54,752 nt of DNA from Alphaproteobacteria bacterium (lineage in GTDB: Bacteria; Pseudomonadota; Alphaproteobacteria; SHVP01): assembly GCA_038148335.1 (NCBI GenBank), contig JAYQVF010000003.1, positions 1-54,752 of the forward strand, given 5' to 3'. Below, one piece after another: positions 34,591-43,500 of this stretch; positions within the stretch are counted from its first letter, which is position 1; each line of letters starts with the position of its first letter. The notes beneath the pieces are model-generated. The model ran no database searches, had not been told where the DNA came from, and saw nothing but the letters and a program-made list of their open reading frames with translations. The position numbers and the translations under genes were made by a program.

Positions 34591-35124
34591 TCAGGATTCG
34601 GAGATCGTGAACGTCAGCGTCTCGCTGTAGTCCGTCGCCTGGTCGAGGTTGGCGGACGTGCCGTCGTAGGTGACGTTGGCATCGAAGCTGTCACCGCCCA
34701 CCGCGGAGCGCGCCGCGCTGGAGATGAACGTACCGGTCGCACCGGTGAACGAAACCGCCACCGCGTTGCGAAGCAGGGTGAACGAAAGGTCGTCGTTGGT
34801 CGTTGCCGTCGGGCTGTGGAAACAGGGGCCGTTGGCGGCGCCGCAATCGCTGGCACCCTGGTTCAGCGAACTGACGCTGACCGAGTAGCCGGATGGATTG
34901 TTGGCTTCCGCAACCACAGTGGCGACCTTCAACTGGGTCACCGACCCGGTGAGATCGAGCCCCGACGCCGAAGCGGTCGGCGTGACCGTGATCGCCAGAA
35001 TCTGTTGAACGGTGCCGGTCAGGGTCAACTGGCCGGAGGTGGCCGCGAGGGCCGCCGTGCCCCCCGCAAGAATGCCCGCTGCTGCCGCGCCAGCGACAGC
35101 GCGCCGCAGATTTCTTCTGCTCAT
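34591..35124 (-). CDS. secreted Thr/Ser/Ala-rich beta-type protein (fimbrial/SCPU-like?), function unknown
   Basis: ORF 34591-35163; start moved to the ATG at 35122-35124 (GAGGAG upstream). Signal peptide ...GGTAALA/ATSG, alternating beta pattern, one Cys pair (DCGAANGPC), C-terminus YSETLTFTISES. Confidence 0.6.
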   Translation of the reverse strand: MSRRNLRRAVAGAAAAGILAGGTAALAATSGQLTLTGTVQQILAITVTPTASASGLDLTGSVTQLKVATVVAEANNPSGYSVSVSSLNQGASDCGAANGPCFHSPTATTNDDLSFTLLRNAVAVSFTGATGTFISSAARSAVGGDSFDANVTYDGTSANLDQATDYSETLTFTISES

Positions 35125-35269
35125 ACTAAACTCCTCATGTGCCGCACGCTTATGATGGCACAATTAGATGCATTTTCGAGAAATAAATCCTTGATTCTCC
35201 TCAATAACCTTATGGTTGCACCAAGATGCCCAAGGCGACCTATCCGCGCACCTGCCAGGACGACCCCCG

Positions 35270-36856
35270 ATGACCGCTGACGGAGACGGAGACGCAGCCG
35301 CCTGCGCCGCGAACCTGCGCCAGATCCTGGGCGCCACGCATGTCTTCGACGACGCGGAGACCCGTCAGTTCTTTTCGACCGACATCTTTTACGAGAACGC
35401 TCCCTGCGCGCTGGTGGCCGCGCCGGGGACGCCGACCGAACTGGCCGAGACCGTCCGGATCGCAACCGCCGCCGGACTCGCCGTGGTGCCCCGCGGCGGC
35501 GGGATGTCCTACACGCGCGGCTACCTCGGCGGTCCGGACTCGGTCCTGGTCGACACGCGCCGTCTCGACCGGGTGGTCGAGATCAATGCCGCGGACATGT
35601 TCGTCACGGTGGAGTGCGGGATTACCTGGGAGGCGCTCGACGCGGCGCTGGCGCCGCATGGCGTACGCACGCCGTTCTGGGGCACCGGCTCGGGCCGCTA
35701 TGCGACGGTGGGCGGCACGCTGTCGCAGAACGCGATCAACTACGGGTCGGGCCGCTTTGGGCCGGCGGCCGATTCGGTCCTGGGGCTGACGATCGCGGTC
35801 GCCGACGGGCGTCTGCTGACGACCGGTTCGGCGGCAACGCCGCACGCGCCCTCGCCGTTCTTTCGTACCTATGGACCCGACCTGACCGGCCTGTTCCTGG
35901 CCGACACCGGCGCCCTCGGCATCAAGGCGACCGCGACGCTGAAGCTGATCCCGCGGGCGCCCGCCACCGCCTATGCCTCGTTCTCGTTTCCCAGCGTCAC
36001 CGGGCTGTGCACGGCGATGAGCGAACTGGCGCGCCGGAGCCTGACCAGCGAATGTTCCGGTTACGACGCGCTGCTGCTGGCCTACATGATCCGCAAGCAG
36101 AGCCTTGCCGACGACGTCCGCAAGATCGGCCAGGTCGTTCGCTCCGGCCGCGGCCTGCTGGGCGGGCTGCGCGACGCCGCGCGGGTCGTTGCCGCCGGCC
36201 GCCATGCGTTCCGCGACATCGACTACTCGATCCACTTTACCGTCGACGGCCGCGACGATGGCGAGGCCACCGCCAAGATGGCCGAGGCCAAGGACATCTG
36301 CAGCCGTCTTGGCGAGGAGATCGAGCCCAGCGTTCCGCGGCTGGTGCGCGCCGGCCCCTTCCCGCTCCCGACGCTGCTGTTCAACGCCGACGGCAAGCAA
36401 TGGGTCCCGGTGCATGCCATCGTTCCCCATTCCAGAGCACTCGCCTTCGTCGCCGCGGTGGAGTCGTTTTTCGACAGCCAGCGCACCCTGCTCGACACCC
36501 ATGGCATCGAGTGGGGCAGCTTCATCGTTCCGGCGAGTACGCAGGCCATCCGCATCGAGCCCTGCCTGTTCTGGCCCGATGCGCCCAATGCGCTGCGGCG
36601 AAGCTTCTTCGATCGCGACTTTCTCGACACCCTGCCAAACCAGGCACGCAACCCGGCCGCGCACGACGCGGTTCGCGAACTGCGCAAGGGCGTTACCGCC
36701 CTGGCCAAGGATTTCGGCGCCGTCCATTTCCAGATCGCGAGGCAGTATCCCTACCGCGAGACGCGCGATCCCGAGACCTACGCGCTGTTGCGCGCGATCA
36801 AGGCCGCGGTGGATCCTAAAGGGCTCATGAATCCCGGAGCCCTCGGCCTCGACTAG
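35270..36856 (+). CDS. FAD-binding (PCMH-type, FAD-linked oxidase) oxidoreductase
   Basis: ORF 35216-36856 has a TTG start; ATG at 35270. Motifs VVPRGGGMSY and TVGGTLSQNA are typical of the FAD_binding_4 family. Confidence 0.8.
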   Translation: MTADGDGDAAACAANLRQILGATHVFDDAETRQFFSTDIFYENAPCALVAAPGTPTELAETVRIATAAGLAVVPRGGGMSYTRGYLGGPDSVLVDTRRLDRVVEINAADMFVTVECGITWEALDAALAPHGVRTPFWGTGSGRYATVGGTLSQNAINYGSGRFGPAADSVLGLTIAVADGRLLTTGSAATPHAPSPFFRTYGPDLTGLFLADTGALGIKATATLKLIPRAPATAYASFSFPSVTGLCTAMSELARRSLTSECSGYDALLLAYMIRKQSLADDVRKIGQVVRSGRGLLGGLRDAARVVAAGRHAFRDIDYSIHFTVDGRDDGEATAKMAEAKDICSRLGEEIEPSVPRLVRAGPFPLPTLLFNADGKQWVPVHAIVPHSRALAFVAAVESFFDSQRTLLDTHGIEWGSFIVPASTQAIRIEPCLFWPDAPNALRRSFFDRDFLDTLPNQARNPAAHDAVRELRKGVTALAKDFGAVHFQIARQYPYRETRDPETYALLRAIKAAVDPKGLMNPGALGLD

Positions 36857-36982
36857 CCGACCTTGAACTCGCGGCAGCGCATTTGGCTGTCCGCCATCGT
36901 GTCGACGCACCGGGCCTCGTGACGATAACGTGCGAGTCTGCGAACATAGGTCAATTAGTGCGCATCCCAAGAAACTGACGCC

Positions 36983-37462
36983 ATGAAACGCGACTGGATC
37001 ACCGGCCTCCTGCTCCTTGCCGCGGCCCCGCTGTTCGTGGCTGGCCTCGTCATGCCGGCGATCTCGGTAACCAGCCTGATGGTCTTCGAGCACAACTACT
37101 CGCTGGTCGACGGGGTCGTCGGCTTCTTCGAGAGCGGCAGCTATTTTCTGTTCGCGCTGGTCGGCATCTTCACCATCCTGCTGCCGACCCTGAAGATCGG
37201 CACGGCGCTCGTGGCGTGGCTGCTCGGCGTCGAACATGGCTGGGTGCCGCGGCTCGTGCGCGCCTTCGACCGAATTTCGCGCTGGTCGATGCTCGACGTG
37301 CTGGTCGTGGCCGTCACGATTCTGCTGCTCGAGGGCAGCCTGGTGAACCGCGCCGACGTCGGCCTCGGCATCATCTGCTTCGCGCTGGCGGTCATTCTGT
37401 CGGCCATCGCCACCCATCGCATCGCGCGCTGGAATCTGGGATCGGCCAACGATCGGCTATGA
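36983..37462 (+). CDS. PqiA-family-like membrane protein (single half-size unit)
   Basis: 159 aa with 4 hydrophobic helices. Has the conserved PqiA-like string ISRWSMLDVLVVAVTILLLE. Confidence 0.6.
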   Translation: MKRDWITGLLLLAAAPLFVAGLVMPAISVTSLMVFEHNYSLVDGVVGFFESGSYFLFALVGIFTILLPTLKIGTALVAWLLGVEHGWVPRLVRAFDRISRWSMLDVLVVAVTILLLEGSLVNRADVGLGIICFALAVILSAIATHRIARWNLGSANDRL

Positions 37463-37469
37463 TCGACCC

Positions 37470-38291
37470 ATGACATCCTTCGTTTCAGTCGACGAACTTG
37501 CCGCGATGATTTCCGACGGATGCCGCCTCGCCGTCGTCCGCGACGGCTGCGGCGTCGCCATGTCCGCGACCCGTGCCCTGATCCGCCGCGGCGTGCGCGA
37601 CCTTCGGCTCGTCAACGTGCCGACCGGCGGCATGCAGACCGATCTCCTGATCGGCGCCGGCTGCGTCACCGAGCTGGAGACCTCCGGCGTGTCGCTGGGC
37701 GAATACGGTCCCGCCGGGCGCTTCGCCGCCGCGGTCTCGAACGGCGACATCCATATCAAGGAGGCGACCTGTCCCGCGATCCACGCCGGCCTGCAGGCCA
37801 GCGAAAAGGGCGCGCCGTTCATGCCGCTGCGCGGCATCCTCGGTTCGGACATCCTGCGCGCGCGACCGGACTGGCGGACGATCGACAACCCGCTGGCCGA
37901 ACACGACGATCCGCTCGTGATCATTCCCGCCATTGCACCGGACGTCGCGCTGTTCCACTGCCCAATGGCCGACGACGAGGGCAACGTCTGGATCGGGCGC
38001 GAGCGCGACCTGGTGACGATGGCCCATGCCGCGCGCCAGACGCTGGTCACCGTCGAGCGGCGCTATGCCGGCAATCTCTACGACGACCGGGAACTGGCGG
38101 CAGGCACGCTGTCGTCGTTTTACGTGACGGCGATTGCCGAGGCTGCCGAGGGGTGCCGACCTCTGGGCTTCCCCGGTTACTACGAAGAGGACGGCGACGG
38201 CCTGCGGGCCTACGCCGAGGCCTCGCGATCGGCCGCGTCGTTTCTGGCCTACGTCGGGCGGCACGTGACGCAGGCGGTACGGGCGCCATGA
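37470..38291 (+). CDS. CoA-transferase-like protein, subunit A (glutaconate-CoA-transferase/IpdA-like)
   Basis: 273 aa. Class I CoA-transferase alpha-type sequence (…LVNVPTGGMQTDLLIGAGCV…EATCPAIHAGLQASEKGAPFMPLRG…). Confidence 0.75.
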   Translation: MTSFVSVDELAAMISDGCRLAVVRDGCGVAMSATRALIRRGVRDLRLVNVPTGGMQTDLLIGAGCVTELETSGVSLGEYGPAGRFAAAVSNGDIHIKEATCPAIHAGLQASEKGAPFMPLRGILGSDILRARPDWRTIDNPLAEHDDPLVIIPAIAPDVALFHCPMADDEGNVWIGRERDLVTMAHAARQTLVTVERRYAGNLYDDRELAAGTLSSFYVTAIAEAAEGCRPLGFPGYYEEDGDGLRAYAEASRSAASFLAYVGRHVTQAVRAP

Positions 38292-39022
38292 CCCCCTACA
38301 ACAAGGAAGAACTGCTGATCGCGGCCATTTCGCGCCTGCTGGACGGCGTGCACCACATCGCGGTGGGCGTGGCCTCGCCACTGCCGGCCTCCGCCGCTTT
38401 GCTCGCCCGCCACCGGTCGGGCGGCGCCATGCGGGTATCGATTCTCGGCGATCCATCGAACACCTTCTGGTCCGACGGCGGCAAGGAGCTGTTCGACTGC
38501 GCGGCACAGGGCCGGGTCGATGCGTTCTTCTTTTCGGGCGCCCAGATCGACGGCCACGCCAACATCAACCTGGTGGGGATCGGCGACTATCCGAAATCCA
38601 AGGTGCGCTTCGGCGGCTCCTACGGGTCGGCGTTCCTATACTACATGGTGCCGCGAATCATTCTGTTTCGGCCGGACCACGACCCGCGCGTGCTGGTGCC
38701 GGCAGTCGATTTCATCAGCGCCGCCGGCACGAGCCCGCCCGGCGTCTGGCGGCGCGGCGGTCCGTTCGCGCTGGTCACCGGCAAGGCGCTCTTTCTCTTC
38801 GACCGGGAAAAGGGCAGGTTCCGGTTGGCATCCATCCACCCCGGATCGACCCTCGAGGAAATCCGCGACCTCACCGGATTCGACTTCGACATCGCCGCAG
38901 ACCTCAGCGAGACGCCGGCCCCCGATGCCGGCACCCTGGAACTGATACGAGGGCCCGTCGGGCAGGAGATCGCAATGACCTATCCGAAATTCGCACGCGA
39001 AGCCCTGGGAGTCGCGGCGTGA
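38288..39022 (+). CDS. CoA-transferase-like protein, subunit B (no (S)ENG motif seen)
   Basis: In frame with ORF 37520-39022. The ATG at 38288 overlaps the subunit A stop (ATGA). Beta-subunit-like sequence (…HIAVGVASPLPASAALLA…FFFSGAQIDGHANINL…). Confidence 0.7.
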   Translation: MTPYNKEELLIAAISRLLDGVHHIAVGVASPLPASAALLARHRSGGAMRVSILGDPSNTFWSDGGKELFDCAAQGRVDAFFFSGAQIDGHANINLVGIGDYPKSKVRFGGSYGSAFLYYMVPRIILFRPDHDPRVLVPAVDFISAAGTSPPGVWRRGGPFALVTGKALFLFDREKGRFRLASIHPGSTLEEIRDLTGFDFDIAADLSETPAPDAGTLELIRGPVGQEIAMTYPKFAREALGVAA

Positions 39023-40212
39023 CGCGCGCCCTCGAGGGACTCAAGGTCATCGACCTGTCGCGCGTTCTGGGCGGCCCCTACTCCACGCAGATGCTGGCCG
39101 ATCATGGCGCGGACGTCATCAAGGTAGAGCCGCCCCAGGGCGACGAGACCCGCGAATGGGGACCGCCGTTCCAGCACGGCCTCAGCGCGTATTTCGCCAG
39201 CCTCAACCGGAACAAACGAAGCCTCGCGCTCGACCTGTCAAAGGAGGAAGGTCGCGCGGTCCTGATGCGGATGCTCGAGGGCGCCGACATCATGGTCGAG
39301 AACTTCAAGGTCGGCACCATGGAGCGCTGGGGCATCGGACCCGAGGTACTGCAGGAACGTTTCCCCCGGCTGATCCATGCACGCATCACCGGTTTCGGCA
39401 GCGACGGCCCGCTGGGCGGCATGCCCGGCTACGACGGTGCCGTGCAGGCATGGTCCGGGCTGCTCAGCGTCAACGGCGATCCGGAGACAGGTCCCGTGCG
39501 GGTCGGCGTTTCCATCGTCGACATGGTGACGGGACTCAACACGGCGATCGGCATCCTGATGGCAGCAGAGGAGCGCCACCGTTCGGGCAAGGGCCAGTTT
39601 CTCGAAGTGACGCTGTACGACGCGGCGCTGTCGATCCTGCTGCCCTATCCGCACAACTGGTTCATGTCCGGCAACCCGCCACGCATGATGGGCAACCGCA
39701 GCCCCAACATCGCGCCCTACGACCTGTTTCCGACCGCCGGGCACAAGCTGTTCCTGGCGGTCGGGAACGATCGCCAGTTCCGCCGCCTGTGCGCCGAACT
39801 CGGGCGCCCCGAGATCGCCGAGGATCCACGCTTCGCCACCAACGCGGACCGGCTGAACCACCAGGTGGAACTTCGGTCGGCTCTGGAGGAGCCCCTGTCG
39901 GGCGAAGATGGCGAAGCCTTCGCCAAACGGCTGATGGAGATCGGGATTCCGGCCGGTGCCGTGATGTCGGTACCGGACGCCATGACCCACCCCCATACCG
40001 TTCACCGCGGCATGGTGGTGGACGCCGGCGGCATCCGCACGATCGGGACCCCGATCAAGATGGCGCGAACCCCAGCCGGGCCGCCCCGCGAACCACCGGG
40101 ATTCGCGGCGCAAAGCGCGGAAATCCTGGCGGAATTCGGCTTCTCGACCGACGAAATCGAAACCCTGACCGAGAACGGCGTCGCGCCCCGTACGACGCGC
40201 AAATTGACCTAG
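39019..40212 (+). CDS. CaiB/BaiF-family (class III) CoA-transferase
   Basis: 397 aa. GTG start overlaps the previous stop (GTGA). LKVIDLSRVLGGPYSTQMLADHGADVIKVE and the catalytic-Asp region PGYDGAVQAWSGL are typical of class III. Confidence 0.88.
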   Translation: MTRALEGLKVIDLSRVLGGPYSTQMLADHGADVIKVEPPQGDETREWGPPFQHGLSAYFASLNRNKRSLALDLSKEEGRAVLMRMLEGADIMVENFKVGTMERWGIGPEVLQERFPRLIHARITGFGSDGPLGGMPGYDGAVQAWSGLLSVNGDPETGPVRVGVSIVDMVTGLNTAIGILMAAEERHRSGKGQFLEVTLYDAALSILLPYPHNWFMSGNPPRMMGNRSPNIAPYDLFPTAGHKLFLAVGNDRQFRRLCAELGRPEIAEDPRFATNADRLNHQVELRSALEEPLSGEDGEAFAKRLMEIGIPAGAVMSVPDAMTHPHTVHRGMVVDAGGIRTIGTPIKMARTPAGPPREPPGFAAQSAEILAEFGFSTDEIETLTENGVAPRTTRKLT

Positions 40213-40341
40213 GTCACGGCCCCGGCGGCGGCCAAGCCGCAGGATTGCCCACCGTACGTACATCCCTCGGGGACGGTCCCATTGCCGACCCCTCGTGTGG
40301 TATCTTTAGGCACGTTCTGGGGCGCACGAGCGCAGGAGACA

Positions 40342-41505
40342 ATGATGACCCTTACTGATTCGACATTTCGCGGCTTCGGCAAGCACGGCATGACGTCGGA
40401 CACGACGCACGACGACGTTGCCCGCCTCGACTTCGCGATGAACCTGTTCCGGCACATGGGCAACGAGATCGTGCCGGGCCATCGCAAACTTTACGACAAC
40501 AAGGTCGTCCCCCAATTCGTCAAGAGCCACGGACGCAAGCCGAAGGACCGCCACGAGGTCCGCAAGGCGATGCTCGACGAGGACTATTTCCGGATGTGGA
40601 GCATGTTGCGCATCTACGCCCAGGAAAACACCTACGACGAGCGCCGCAAGATCGTCGAGCGCAACCTGGACGACCTGATCGCGCGCGCGAAGCCGCGGCG
40701 CGAGGACAAGGGCAGCGTCGAGATCGACCCCGAGTTCGAGGTGCCGAGGTACCAGAAACCCTTCGACATGCACTGGATGCCGGGCAGCTTCTTCACCGAC
40801 TTTACCGACAACGACGTTGCCGCCGGCGCGATGTACGACCTGGGCGGTCTCTACATCACGACCAACGGCATGCTCGGCAAGTACAACAACGGCGCCGGCT
40901 ACGCTGTCGCTACCTGGATCAAACAGAACTACCCGCACCTCAAGCCGAAGCGGATTCTCGATCAGGGCTGTACCGTCGGCGCCAACACGTTGCCCTACAA
41001 GGATGCCTGGCCGGATGCCGAAGTGATCGGCATCGACATCGGCGGGCCCTGCCTGCGCTACGCGCACCGGCGCGCTGAAAGCCTCGGGTATGGCGTCACG
41101 TTCTCGCAGCAGAACGCCGAGCACACCAAGTACGAGGACGAGTCCTTCGACATGGTGCTGTCGACGATGTTCCTGCATGAGACCTCCAACAAGGCCGTCC
41201 ACAACATCGTCAAGGAAAACCACCGGCTGCTGAAGCCCGGCGGGCTCATGCTGCATGTCGAACAACCGCCGTTCGACATGATCGACGACCCGTTCGACCA
41301 GCTGATGAAGGACTGGGACACCCATAACAACAATGAGCCGTTCTGGGGCCGCATGCACGACATGGACCTCGAGGACGTGGCCATCCGCGCCGGCTTCAAG
41401 AAAGAAAACATCGTACAGACGATGGCGGCAGGCATTCGTCCGACGGACGAGAACACCTACAACCCGAGTCCGGCAAAGTGGTTCATCTACGCGGCGACAA
41501 AGTAA
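40342..41505 (+). CDS. class I SAM-dependent methyltransferase with N-terminal extension (paralogue 4)
   Basis: ORF 40282-41505; ATG at 40342 after CAGGAGA. ILDQGCTVG, GIDIG, FDMVLSTMFLHE, LLKPGGLMLHVE, and pre-core FDMHWMPGSFFTDF. Followed by a terminator. Confidence 0.85.
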   Translation: MMTLTDSTFRGFGKHGMTSDTTHDDVARLDFAMNLFRHMGNEIVPGHRKLYDNKVVPQFVKSHGRKPKDRHEVRKAMLDEDYFRMWSMLRIYAQENTYDERRKIVERNLDDLIARAKPRREDKGSVEIDPEFEVPRYQKPFDMHWMPGSFFTDFTDNDVAAGAMYDLGGLYITTNGMLGKYNNGAGYAVATWIKQNYPHLKPKRILDQGCTVGANTLPYKDAWPDAEVIGIDIGGPCLRYAHRRAESLGYGVTFSQQNAEHTKYEDESFDMVLSTMFLHETSNKAVHNIVKENHRLLKPGGLMLHVEQPPFDMIDDPFDQLMKDWDTHNNNEPFWGRMHDMDLEDVAIRAGFKKENIVQTMAAGIRPTDENTYNPSPAKWFIYAATK

Positions 41506-41524
41506 CGTTGCGACATAGCGCAAG

Positions 41525-41555
41525 AAAAAGGGCGCCTCGCGGCGCCCTTTTTTTG
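41525..41555. terminator. bidirectional rho-independent terminator
   Basis: AAAAAGGGCGCC-TCGC-GGCGCCCTTTTTTT lies between the convergent genes 40342-41505 (+) and 41573-42538 (-). Confidence 0.8.
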
Positions 41556-41572
41556 TGCCTACGTCGCGGCTG

Positions 41573-42538
41573 CTATTGCTGCTTTTTCCATTCCTGCATG
41601 ATCTCGCTGCCCGTCGCGACCCACACGTCCTTGTGCTTGCCGACGTAGTTGAGAGCATCTTCGAGATACTTGATGCGATGCGGCTGGCCCGACATCCACG
41701 GATGGATGGTGATCGCCATGACGCGACCGCCCTGGCTGCCGGCTTCGTTGTACATCAGGTCGAACTGGTCCTTGACCTGATCGACGAAGTCCTGCTCCTG
41801 GTGCTTGTAGTGCACCCAGACCATCGCGTCGTCGATCCAGTGCTGATGGGGCATGGCGACGATCTCGCCGGACTTGGTCCGGAAGGGATAGGGCATGTCG
41901 TCGTTGATCCAGTCGCAGAAGTACTCGATCCCTTCGGCGGCGATGTAGTCGGGGGTATCCCACGACTCCGAGCGCGCCGGGGACCACCAGCCCTTGACCG
42001 GCTGGCCCGAGATCTCGCGCAGGGTCGAGATCGACTCCTTGATGATCGCCTGTTCCTGATCGGCCGGCAGCCCCGTGTAGAGCAGCTTCGCCATGTCGAC
42101 GCCGTAGGCCATGACTTCCCAGCCCTTGGCGTTCACCTGGTCGACCAGATAGGGGTAGCGTTGCGCCACCTTTGAGTTGAACGCGGCGGTCGCCTTGTTG
42201 ATCCCGGCGGCATCGAGCGCGTCCATGACCCGGAAGATGCCGACGCGGTTGCCGTAGTCCCGCAGCGAGAAGTGCCGCAGGTCGGGGTAGGACGTCACCA
42301 TGCCGCCGAGTGCCTTGAACGGCTTCGCTGGCGTGTCGAGAGGGAAGAACTCGAAGGCCACGTTCACCCAGAGCGCAACCCGTGCGTTGTTCGGCCATTT
42401 GACCGGCTTGCGGCGAACCAGCAGCGACCAATCGTAGCGGTCGTGGTCCATGCCGTAGGACCGGTGAGGGTATTGCAGATAGCTGTCCGGAATCGAAGCG
42501 CCGGCAACTTCCTTCTGTTCGATAGGGGGTCTTGCCAT
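41573..42538 (-). CDS. polysaccharide-deacetylase-fold protein, PuuE/allantoinase-like branch (paralogue A)
   Basis: 321 aa. KWPNNARVALWV, RDYGNRVGIFR and GWEVMAYGVDM are colinear with the PuuE-type strings as I recall them (YEYGSRAGVWR, CHGWRW). Confidence 0.75.
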   Translation of the reverse strand: MARPPIEQKEVAGASIPDSYLQYPHRSYGMDHDRYDWSLLVRRKPVKWPNNARVALWVNVAFEFFPLDTPAKPFKALGGMVTSYPDLRHFSLRDYGNRVGIFRVMDALDAAGINKATAAFNSKVAQRYPYLVDQVNAKGWEVMAYGVDMAKLLYTGLPADQEQAIIKESISTLREISGQPVKGWWSPARSESWDTPDYIAAEGIEYFCDWINDDMPYPFRTKSGEIVAMPHQHWIDDAMVWVHYKHQEQDFVDQVKDQFDLMYNEAGSQGGRVMAITIHPWMSGQPHRIKYLEDALNYVGKHKDVWVATGSEIMQEWKKQQ

Positions 42539-42542
42539 GGTT

Positions 42543-43469
42543 CTAGCTCCGTGCCGGGTTCTTCTTCTTGAAGTCTTTGATCGCCTGAACGTACTCGTCG
42601 TAGTAGTGCTCGTAGTAGTACTCGGCGATCTCGCGGCCCGTCGCGACCCAAACGTCGTCGTGACCGGTGATGTACTTCAGCGCATCGTCGAACGCCGCGA
42701 GGCGATGCCCCTGGGCGACCGCATAGGCGTGCAGCGGGATGCACATGACCGTCCCGTTTTTTGCGCCATCGGCACGCAGGCGATCGAAGTTCGCCTTGAG
42801 CATGTCGGCATAGCGACGGGGCGGCACCATGCTGCCGTTGTAGACGATGATGTCGTTCATCTCGAGCGAGTACGGGATCGAGATGAACTTCCCTTCCTTC
42901 ACGTTGACCGGGAACGGCTGGTCGTCAATGAACAGGTCGCAGGTGTAGAGAATCCCGTTCTTGGCGAGCAGATCCATCGTCCGCTCGGTATGGGTCAGTG
43001 CCGGCGCCAGGTAGCCCGCAATCATCTGACCCGTGTGCTTTTTCACGTTCTCGATCGAGTCCGTGATGATCGCCTGTTCCTGCACCTCGGTCATCGCATA
43101 GGAGTAGCGTGTGTTGTAGATGCCGTGGGAGAAGAACTCCCAGTTGCGCTCCTTGCAGGCTTCGATGATTTCCGGGTGGTGATCGAGGAGCGCCACCGAC
43201 AGGGAGATCGAGCCCCTGACGCCGTAGCGGTCCATCACCTCCATCATCCGCCAGTGACCGACGCGGTTTCCGTGGTCACGCTCGGCATAGCCGACGACAT
43301 CGGGGACCGGACGGCCCCAGGGCGTGCGCAAGGGATTCACCGGCGGATCGATTTCGTAGTACTCGATGTTCGGTGCGACCCAGAACGCGACCTTGGCACC
43401 GTTCGGCCATTTGATCGACGGCCGGGCGTTCCAAGGCAAATATTCGTAAAGACCGAGATCGGCTTTCAC
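42543..43469 (-). CDS. polysaccharide-deacetylase-fold protein, PuuE/allantoinase-like branch (paralogue B)
   Basis: In frame with ORF 42543-43706. The GTG at 43467-43469 is preceded by AAGGAGG. Motifs: KWPNGAKVAFWV, RDHGNRVGHWR, FFSHGIYN. Confidence 0.75.
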   Translation of the reverse strand: MKADLGLYEYLPWNARPSIKWPNGAKVAFWVAPNIEYYEIDPPVNPLRTPWGRPVPDVVGYAERDHGNRVGHWRMMEVMDRYGVRGSISLSVALLDHHPEIIEACKERNWEFFSHGIYNTRYSYAMTEVQEQAIITDSIENVKKHTGQMIAGYLAPALTHTERTMDLLAKNGILYTCDLFIDDQPFPVNVKEGKFISIPYSLEMNDIIVYNGSMVPPRRYADMLKANFDRLRADGAKNGTVMCIPLHAYAVAQGHRLAAFDDALKYITGHDDVWVATGREIAEYYYEHYYDEYVQAIKDFKKKNPARS

Positions 43470-43500
43470 GGCGCCTCCTTGTTGGTTCTTTTCAGCGCGA

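Noticed and set aside
35240-37417. 725-aa minus-strand ORF, the longest in the track.
   Set aside because: The translation is Arg/Gly/Asp/Ala-rich low-complexity sequence with no family resemblance. It is antisense to two well-supported plus-strand genes (FAD oxidase, PqiA-like) and crosses their intergenic gap. This is the typical stop-codon-poor shadow frame of GC-rich DNA.
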